This document shows, in pieces, positions 57,390 to 64,000 of a stretch of 64,000 bases of DNA. Position 1 is the stretch's first letter; every line of letters starts with the position of its first letter. This DNA comes from Dehalococcoidia bacterium. GTDB lineage: Bacteria; Chloroflexota; Dehalococcoidia; UBA2979. The stretch spans positions 704,001-768,000 of the forward strand of contig CAXXDN010000001.1 of NCBI GenBank assembly GCA_963667465.2, given 5' to 3'. A program made the position numbers and the translations under genes. The notes below the pieces were generated by a model. That model was not told the origin of the DNA. It did not search any database and saw only the letters and a list, made by a program, of their open reading frames with translations.

Positions 57390-57493
57390 GTCGGCGATCC
57401 TCGAGGGTGGAACTCACGACGCGGTCTCAGCTCGGCTGCGATCGGGGTTCCCTGGTTTCGTCCGCTCCTCAGTGCTCGCCGGGGCGACTGAGG

Positions 57494-58285
57494 TCAGCCG
57501 CGGCTCCGACCCTGACCTTGCTCCAGCCGCCCAAGGAAGTTGCGCAGCAGCACGTTGACCTGCTCCGGCGCCTCGAGCTGCGGGAAGTGCCCGCAGCCGA
57601 TCACCCACGCCTGCTCGGCGTGCGGGAGCAGGTCGCGCAGGAAGCTCAGGCTTGGGCGCGTCGAGTTGATCCACAGCGTCGGCTGCTCGATGCGGCGCAG
57701 CAGCGCGGCGTGGCTGAACTGCGTCGAGCCTACGCGGTTGGCCATCGCCACGTGGCGAGGCGTGCGCGCCGCCTCGGTGGCCCAGCCGCGCACCCTGTCC
57801 TGGTCGACGTGCGGACCGAAGAAGGCCTCGTAGCGCTGGGCCAGGACCTGCTCGTAGCCCTCGTCCTCGGTCGGGAGCTGGCCGACGCGGCCGCGGCGCT
57901 CGCGCAGCGGCCGCAGGTCCGGGCCCCAGTCGATGACGACGATGGCGCTGATCAGTTGCGGGTGGCGCGCCGCGAGCTGGAGCGTCGCCGGTGTCCCGCC
58001 GGCGTGGCCGATCGCGACGAGGTCGCGCAGCCCGAGCGCCTCGATCAGGCCCGCGATCTCGTCGGCCTGGTCGCGCGGGTCGTAGCCGCCTGGGGGGGCG
58101 TCGGAGCGCCCGTCGCCACGCCGGTCGACGCGCAGCACGCGGTGCGTACGCGCGAAGGCGCGTGCCTGCGGCTCCCAGTGCCCGGTGTTGCCGCACCAGC
58201 CGTGGATGAAGACCAGCCCCTGCTCGCCCGACCCCGCGAGGCGGTAGTGCAGCCGGGTTCCGTCCGGCGACTCATGGAACGGCAT
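57494..58285 (-). CDS. Alpha/beta-hydrolase fold protein
   Basis: FIHGW, DRRGDGRSDAP, elbow G-H-A-G-G, GHFPQLEAP. Confidence 0.85.
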   Translation of the reverse strand: MPFHESPDGTRLHYRLAGSGEQGLVFIHGWCGNTGHWEPQARAFARTHRVLRVDRRGDGRSDAPPGGYDPRDQADEIAGLIEALGLRDLVAIGHAGGTPATLQLAARHPQLISAIVVIDWGPDLRPLRERRGRVGQLPTEDEGYEQVLAQRYEAFFGPHVDQDRVRGWATEAARTPRHVAMANRVGSTQFSHAALLRRIEQPTLWINSTRPSLSFLRDLLPHAEQAWVIGCGHFPQLEAPEQVNVLLRNFLGRLEQGQGRSRG

Positions 58286-58302
58286 CGCTCGCGCCCGCCC
58301 TG

Positions 58303-59094
58303 CTACCCGGAGTGGAAGCGCACGCCGAGCAGCCTCTCCGCCTCGGCCGCCGCGTCCCCACCCGCGAGGTCTGTCGAGCCATCGGAAGCAGCGATCGTGC
58401 AGTCGCGGATCACGGGTGCGCCTTCGATAGCCTCGTTGCGCAGCTCCAGCCGCACGCCGCCTGCCATCGTCAGCGTCGCCTCGCCGTCGCGGATCGCGGG
58501 CGGATCGAGGCCGAGCACGCGCGCCCAGCCCTCGGCGGCGGCGGCGACATCTGCCACGGCGAAGCCGATCGAGGCGAGCTGCGGTGCGTCCGCTGCCGCA
58601 TCCGGCGTTGCGCTGCCGCCCGGCGCCGCGCGCCCGGGCAGGATCTCGAGGTAGGCGCCGAGCTCCTCGCGCGCGTCGCCGTAGCCGTAGGACGCACCGC
58701 CCCCGGTGCGTCCCGTCTGCACGGTCGGGTAGCCGAGTGTGGCGAGCGCCTCGAGGGTGGCTGCGGAGTCGGAGACGGCGAACGCCAGGTAGCACGGGCC
58801 CGGCCCGAGGGTGTCGAGGTGGTCGCTCCAGGGGCTGGGGCCGCCGTTGGGCGCCATCAGGTTGACACTGGCAGTGGCGAGGCTGAACCAGGCGGCGTAG
58901 GTGCCACCGCCGATCAGCTCGCCTCGGTAGCGCACGCCGCGCGCGCGCATGCCTTCGCCATGGTTGTCGCGGATCTGCGGGACGGGCAGGCGGGTCAGCG
59001 CGGAGAACGCCCCGGCGGCCTCGGGCGCGGCGGCGACGACGATCCCGAGGTGGTCGAGCGCCCCGATGCCGGTAGCGGTCACGGCAAACCCCAT
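58303..59094 (-). CDS. VOC/glyoxalase-superfamily protein
   Basis: LDHLGIVV, SPWSDHL...GPG..YLAFAV, LEI. Confidence 0.75.
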   Translation of the reverse strand: MGFAVTATGIGALDHLGIVVAAAPEAAGAFSALTRLPVPQIRDNHGEGMRARGVRYRGELIGGGTYAAWFSLATASVNLMAPNGGPSPWSDHLDTLGPGPCYLAFAVSDSAATLEALATLGYPTVQTGRTGGGASYGYGDAREELGAYLEILPGRAAPGGSATPDAAADAPQLASIGFAVADVAAAAEGWARVLGLDPPAIRDGEATLTMAGGVRLELRNEAIEGAPVIRDCTIAASDGSTDLAGGDAAAEAERLLGVRFHSG

Positions 59095-59261
59095 CGTTGC
59101 GTGCGGATCGCTCCGCGCGCGCGATGCTACAACGTTCGTCGCCGACTGGTCGGGAGCCGCTCCCGTCGCCGGGGCCGACGCCTGCCTCGGGCAGGCCCGA
59201 CACCGAACGGAAGGGCTATGCCGGCGACCGCGTCCTCGCGGCCGCCGGCCGGTGTCGAAGG

Positions 59262-59546
59262 CTAGCTGTCGACGCGGTCGCGGAGGGCGCGCGCCGCCTT
59301 GAAGGCCGGGACGGTCTTCGCGGCGATCATCACGGACTCGCCGGTCGCCGGGTTGCGGCCCTCGCGCGCGGCGCGCTCACGCGCCTCGAACTTGCCGAAG
59401 CCGGCGATGGTTACGGCATCGCCGCCCGCGAGCGCGCCCGCGATCAGGCCGTCGCCGCCGAAGATCGCGTCCACGGCGGCCGCTGCGTTTGCCTGCGTCA
59501 GGCCGGTCTGGTCCGCGACCTCCTGCGCCAGATCTGACTTGTTCAT
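59262..59546 (-). CDS. hup: Histone-like DNA-binding protein HU
   Basis: MNKSDL, GFGKF, RAAREGRNPATG, PAFKA. Confidence 0.96.
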   Translation of the reverse strand: MNKSDLAQEVADQTGLTQANAAAAVDAIFGGDGLIAGALAGGDAVTIAGFGKFEARERAAREGRNPATGESVMIAAKTVPAFKAARALRDRVDS

Positions 59547-59782
59547 GCCTCGCTCCTGTCCTGCCCCAACGGGCTACCGATGTGCGGTGGTTCACCCCGC
59601 TGCCGCTAGCCTAGCGTCACTCGCGAGTTTGTGCGAGTGGGTATGCGGGTGATCAGTGTGGCGATCTGCCAACGACAGATGCACAAATCCGCGCTTCGGG
59701 CCGCGAACCTGAGCGGCGGGGGTGGTAACGTGTGCCCTCAGAGCGGCGGAAGCATGCGTCGCGTTGACGGAGGTCTCGCCAG

Positions 59783-60388
59783 ATGACGTTCGTGATCACG
59801 CAGCCCTGCATCGACGTGCAGGACCAGTCGTGCGTCGAGGTTTGCCCGGTCGACTGCATCCACTACGACGAAGACTCGGACCGGATGCTCTACATCGAGC
59901 CGGAGGTCTGCATCGACTGCGGCGCCTGCGAGCCGGCCTGTCCGGTGAGCGCCATCTTCGCCGAGGCCGACGTGCCCGAGGACCAGGAGCACTTCCTCGA
60001 GATCAACGCGCTCTGGTTCGAAGACGCCGCCGCCGCGCGAGCGAAGGTGGTGGACATCCCGGCGCTCGAAGAGGCTGTCGCCGCGGCCGCTGCCAGCGCC
60101 CCGGCAGCCGAAGAAGCCGCGGAGGCTCCCGCTGCCGTCCCGGCAGCCGAGGCTGCTGCTCCGGCCGCCGCGCCGGAGGAGGCCGCCGAAGCAGCCATCG
60201 AGGAGCCCTCGCGCGGCGCCTACAAGTACGGCGACGGTGGCAACATCGAGGGCAAGTGCGCGCTCTGCGGTACCTACGTGATCCGCGGCGGCACGATGTT
60301 CCGGGAGAAGTCCGTGCTCTGCGCCGACTGCGCCCCCAGGGGCGAGCGCATGCCCGACCCCTACCGCAAGCGCGCCGGCGTCCGCTAG
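59783..60388 (+). CDS. 7Fe (FdxA-type) ferredoxin fused to an Ala/Glu linker and C-terminal Cys4 module
   Basis: C....D.SCVEVCPVDCI, CIDCGACEPACP; tail CALC...CADC. Confidence 0.88.
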   Translation: MTFVITQPCIDVQDQSCVEVCPVDCIHYDEDSDRMLYIEPEVCIDCGACEPACPVSAIFAEADVPEDQEHFLEINALWFEDAAAARAKVVDIPALEEAVAAAAASAPAAEEAAEAPAAVPAAEAAAPAAAPEEAAEAAIEEPSRGAYKYGDGGNIEGKCALCGTYVIRGGTMFREKSVLCADCAPRGERMPDPYRKRAGVR

Positions 60389-60813
60389 CCGCTACCCATC
60401 ACCGCACGCGCGCACGGCAGCGAGCGCCTGAGGCTCGCGAAGCGCCACTCGCCGTCCTCGCGGCGCAGCTCCGCGTCGCCGAGCGCGAGCCAGGCGATCG
60501 CCGGACTGCCAGCCTCCGCGGCTCCGAGGTCGAAGCCGAGCAGGTAGCAGCGGACCCGCACGTTTGCCGCGTCGCCTTCGAGGATGACGTTGTTCGTCCA
60601 GTGCTGGCTGCCGTGCACGTTCGCGGCCTCGTGCGCGCGGACGAAGGCGGCGATCGCCTCGCGGCCCTCGAAACGGCCGTGCGGCGGGATGTCGAGCACG
60701 CCGTTCGTAGTGAAGCCGCCGGCGACCGCGTCGCCGTCGCCGCTGTCGAGGCCTCGCAAGCCGCGCGCGAGCAGCCCGAGGATCGCGAGCCGGTCGGCGC
60801 CGGGGAGCGTCAT
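60385..60813 (-). CDS. SnoaL/NTF2-like protein
   Basis: DRLAI, FT..G, GREAI, QHW..N, DGEWRF. Confidence 0.8.
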   Translation of the reverse strand: MTLPGADRLAILGLLARGLRGLDSGDGDAVAGGFTTNGVLDIPPHGRFEGREAIAAFVRAHEAANVHGSQHWTNNVILEGDAANVRVRCYLLGFDLGAAEAGSPAIAWLALGDAELRREDGEWRFASLRRSLPCARAVMGSG

Positions 60814-60917
60814 GCCGTCACGCTCTTCTGGCCCCGCGCTGCGCGCGGGCACCCCTTCACCCGCCCCCGCGAGGGAACTCTTGCAGGACTTCCTTGCGGC
60901 GCTCTGGCTTCCGGAGT

Positions 60918-60955
60918 CCCCCTCACCCTAACCCTCTCCCGCCAGGGGAGAGGGG
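60918..60955 (+). repeat. REP-like palindrome
   Basis: CCCCCTCACCCTAACCCTCTCCCGCCAGGGGAGAGGGG. Confidence 0.8.
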
Positions 60956-61005
60956 ATCGGAGGGGCGCCCCTCGATGCGCGTCGGTCCGGCTGCGGATCC
61001 GGCGG

Positions 61006-61115
61006 GGGCGTGGGGGCGGAGCCCCCACATGAAGGAAATCCGAGGGTGGGTGGGTGGGCCGGAGCGGCGCGCAGCGCACGCTCGTCCGGGATGGGGTGTG
61101 GGGCGCAGCCCCCGC
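61006..61115 (-). repeat. About 110-bp dispersed element, copy B
   Basis: Reverse complement aligns with 44628-44737. Confidence 0.8.
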
Positions 61116-61171
61116 AGGCAACGCGCGCGCCTGGCATCGAGTGCTCGTTGCCCCTCAGGGAACGGGGCAGG

Positions 61172-61573
61172 CTAGCGGGCCCACCACTCCGGCACGAAGC
61201 GGCGCAGGCTGAACTTCCACTTGCCGTCCTCGCGGCGGAGGCGATCGTCGTACTGGCCGATCAGCGTCACGCGGCCGTCCCCCGTGTTGTCGAACATCAC
61301 GAGGTAACAGCGCAGCTCGGCCTCGTCACCCTCGCCCTCGATCCAGATGTTGTTGACCCAGTGGCGGAAGCGGTCCGCGCCGTGCCGCTCGTTCAGCGTC
61401 TCGGCCCACGCCGCGAGGGCGTCGCGGCCTTCGTGGCGGCGTCCGTTCAGGTCCAGCACGCCGTCCTCGGTGAAGGTGTCGGCGAAGGGCTCCGGGTCGC
61501 GGCGGTCGTAGTGGTGGTAGTGGGCGGCGACCAGTTGCTCGATCTCGGTGATGTCGGCGGCGCTCAGCGGCAT
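61172..61573 (-). CDS. SnoaL/NTF2-like protein
   Basis: FTEDG, GRDAL, RHW, GQYDD, DGKWKF. Confidence 0.85.
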   Translation of the reverse strand: MPLSAADITEIEQLVAAHYHHYDRRDPEPFADTFTEDGVLDLNGRRHEGRDALAAWAETLNERHGADRFRHWVNNIWIEGEGDEAELRCYLVMFDNTGDGRVTLIGQYDDRLRREDGKWKFSLRRFVPEWWAR

Positions 61574-61648
61574 CGGGGGCTCCTCTCGAGGCGTGCCGCG
61601 GCTCGGTGCGGCGAGGGCAAGATAGCAACCGCCGCCGCCCGGGGCGCG

Positions 61649-62542
61649 TCAGACCTCGCGGAGGTCGTCGAGGTAGGCGCGCGCGAAGCCGCCGATCAGC
61701 TCGGCGGACTGCCCGGCGGACGCCTCGACGCTGAGCCGGACGTGCTCCACGCCGCGCTCGCCGGCCTCGCGGAGCATGGTTGCCGTCTCCTCCTCGCGGC
61801 CCGGGGCGAGCGAGGGCAGGTTGACCATGCCGAAGATGAGCGCGTCGGGGTCGCGCCCGGCGTCCCCGGCGGCCTGGCGGACAGCAGCGATGTCCTCGGG
61901 GAACGTCGGCAGGCGATGTGCGCCCGCGATCCAGCCGTCGCCGAGGCGTCCCGCGCGGCGCAGCGCGGGCGGTCTCGCGCCGCCGATCCAGAGCGGGATG
62001 GGCCGCGCCGGGGTGGGGCGGCAGATCCAGCCGTCGACGTCGTAGAACTCGCCGTGGTGGGTGACCTCCTCGCCGCTCCAGAGCGCGCGCATCAGCACGA
62101 TCTGCTCGTCGACGCGCGCGCCGCGGCGCTCGAAGGACGCGGAGAGCACCTCGAACTCCTCGCGGCACCAGCCGACGCCGACGCCGAAGACGAAGCGCCC
62201 TCCGGCGAGCACATCGAGCGAGGCGATGACCTTGGCGTGGAGGACGGGATTGCGCATCGGCAGGACCATCACCGCCGTGCCGATCTGCACGCGCTCGGTA
62301 ATCGCGGCGACGTAGGCGAGCAGCGTCAGCGGCTCGAGCAGATCGGCGTCGCTCTGGAAGCGATCGGGCAGGCGGCCGCTCGCGGCGTAGGGGTAGCGGG
62401 ACGTGAACTGGCGAGGATAGACGACGTGGTCGCTGACCCAGAGCGAGGCGTAGCCCGACTGCTCGGCCGTGCTCGCGAAGCTGGCGAGGTGCTCACGGGT
62501 GGCGTCGCGGCCGGTCTGCGGGAGCACGAGTCCGATCTCCAT
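61649..62542 (-). CDS. Luciferase-like F420-dependent oxidoreductase (Rv2161c-like)
   Basis: WVSDHVV, EPLTLL, GVGWCREEF, IGG, GDGW. Confidence 0.9.
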   Translation of the reverse strand: MEIGLVLPQTGRDATREHLASFASTAEQSGYASLWVSDHVVYPRQFTSRYPYAASGRLPDRFQSDADLLEPLTLLAYVAAITERVQIGTAVMVLPMRNPVLHAKVIASLDVLAGGRFVFGVGVGWCREEFEVLSASFERRGARVDEQIVLMRALWSGEEVTHHGEFYDVDGWICRPTPARPIPLWIGGARPPALRRAGRLGDGWIAGAHRLPTFPEDIAAVRQAAGDAGRDPDALIFGMVNLPSLAPGREEETATMLREAGERGVEHVRLSVEASAGQSAELIGGFARAYLDDLREV

Positions 62543-62628
62543 GCCGGCGCCCTCCTCGTGACCGTTCTCACCGGGAACGGCTAGGGTACGCTGCCCGGCG
62601 CGACGGCGCTCACGGGAGGTGGACGGCG

Positions 62629-63438
62629 ATGGGTGAGTTCGACGGCAAGGTGGCGCTGATCACGGGTGGCGGCTCCGGCATCGGGCGCGCCTCGGCGGTG
62701 GCCTTCGCGCGCGAGGGCGCGCACGTCGTCGTCGCCGACAGCAACGGCGAGGGCGCCGAGGAGACCGTGAGTCTCGTCGAGGCCGACGGCGGCGGCGCGA
62801 ATGCAGTCACGGTAGAGCTCACGGCCCCGGCTGCCGTCGCGGAGCTGCTGCGTGGCATCGCCGACATGCACGGACGGCTCGACTACGCCCACAACAACGC
62901 CGGTATCAACGACGCGCCCGTGAAGCTCCCGGAGCTGAGCGACGAGCGCTGGGACCGCATGATCGCGGTCAACCTGACCTCGGTCTTCTACTGCCTGCGC
63001 GAGGAGCTGCCGCTGATCGTCGAGACGGGCGGCGGGGCGATCGTCAACACCGCGTCCGGCGCGGGCGTCTTCGCCTCGGCGAACATCGCGCACTACGCCG
63101 CCGCCAAGCATGGCGTGATCGGCCTCACTCGCAGCGCGGCGATCGAGTACGGCGAGCACGGCGTGCGCGTCAACGCGGTCTGCCCCGGTCTGGTCGACAC
63201 GCCGATGCGTGGCCGCCACGTCAGCTACGACGCGGAGCACGCGCAGCGCACGCTGGCCTTCTCGGGCGGGAGAGTGAACCCGCCCGAGCTGATCGCCGAC
63301 ACCGCCGTCTGGCTCTGCCGCGAGGAGGCCTCGAACGTCAACGGACAGGCGCTGCTCGGCGACGGCAAGTACGGGCCGGAACTGCGCCTCGGCAGTTGGC
63401 AGCACTGGGTGCCCCTCGAGCAACTGACGGGCGGCTAG
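62629..63438 (+). CDS. Short-chain dehydrogenase/reductase
   Basis: TGGGSGIG, NNAG, YAAAK, CPG..DT. Confidence 0.95.
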   Translation: MGEFDGKVALITGGGSGIGRASAVAFAREGAHVVVADSNGEGAEETVSLVEADGGGANAVTVELTAPAAVAELLRGIADMHGRLDYAHNNAGINDAPVKLPELSDERWDRMIAVNLTSVFYCLREELPLIVETGGGAIVNTASGAGVFASANIAHYAAAKHGVIGLTRSAAIEYGEHGVRVNAVCPGLVDTPMRGRHVSYDAEHAQRTLAFSGGRVNPPELIADTAVWLCREEASNVNGQALLGDGKYGPELRLGSWQHWVPLEQLTGG

Positions 63439-63467
63439 CGCCATCGAGGCAGGCCCGCCGGCGAGTC

Positions 63468-64000
63468 CTAGAAGCCGAGCGCGTCCTTGCCGAGCAACTG
63501 GCGCAGCACCTGCACCTGCCCGTAGTGCTCGCGCCCGTGCGCGATCACCACCTGCCCGAGCGTCTCGATACGCGCCCGCTCAGTCATCTCGCCGGCGATG
63601 CGGGCGGGCGTGGTGCCGACGAGGAAGGCCTCGTCCATCGCCTCGATCTTCGGCTGCACGGCCTCGCGCACGCCCGCGCCGTAGGCCGCGAGGTCGGTGG
63701 CGCTCGCGAACTGCAGCGCCGTCGACTCCTCGGCGGTCATGCCGGTGCCCTGGTCGATGCGAGGCATCGCCCAGGCCTCGTCCAGGCCCTCGGCGACCCA
63801 GATCGGCCGGTCGCGGTGGAAGACGAAGTTGACGATGTTGTCGACCGTGCGCAGCACGTGCCAGACGTGGAAGCCGATCGACGGCGCGCCCTCCAGTGGC
63901 TGGGCGTTCAGCTCCTCGGCGCTGAGGTCCTCGATGGCCGTGTTGAGGTCGCCGAGCAGGTTGCCGACCAGGGTGGCGAGCGGTGCGGCGAGCGCACTGG
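63468..64000 (-). CDS. DinB-family protein (5' end outside the window)
   Basis: Frame open to the window edge: SIGFHVWHVLRTVD...HGREHYGQV. Confidence 0.8.
   Translation of the reverse strand, partial: SALAAPLATLVGNLLGDLNTAIEDLSAEELNAQPLEGAPSIGFHVWHVLRTVDNIVNFVFHRDRPIWVAEGLDEAWAMPRIDQGTGMTAEESTALQFASATDLAAYGAGVREAVQPKIEAMDEAFLVGTTPARIAGEMTERARIETLGQVVIAHGREHYGQVQVLRQLLGKDALGF

Noticed and set aside
59095-59261. Hairpin-rich region after hup as an ncRNA
   Set aside because: GC-rich stems are expected by chance or as terminator structure; no family features recognised

Overview
High-GC bacterial chromosome window. The gene content (six class III CoA-transferases, three F420-type luciferase-like monooxygenases, several SnoaL/NTF2 proteins, an SDR, a DinB protein) suggests Chloroflexota, Dehalococcoidia/SAR202-like; this is an inference from gene content only. 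Housekeeping genes include groES-groEL with a CIRCE operator, scpB, thpR, rdgB, moaA-moaC, HU, a DEAD-box helicase and a MutY-like glycosylase. There are four toxin-antitoxin pairs, two of them frameshifted, and a divergent pair of giant FtsX/MacB-type permeases with two ATPases. The strongest signal is an intact IS110 (44789-46278) inserted at a CT core inside a REP-like palindrome. Its 5' non-coding end carries readable target and donor guides, i.e. a candidate bridge RNA programmed against the genome's REP family. The second is a rhodanese-CBS gene (7870-8586) split by an in-frame UGA followed by a SECIS-like hairpin, a likely selenoprotein that the ORF track misses. Also present: an internally deleted second IS110, an IS5 remnant, a 25-bp direct repeat at the thpR 3' end enclosing a gene fragment, a MutY lacking its catalytic Glu, and a leaderless uORF coupled to the helicase. 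No rRNA, tRNA or CRISPR array was recognised. All family assignments come from motif recognition by eye, not database searches.
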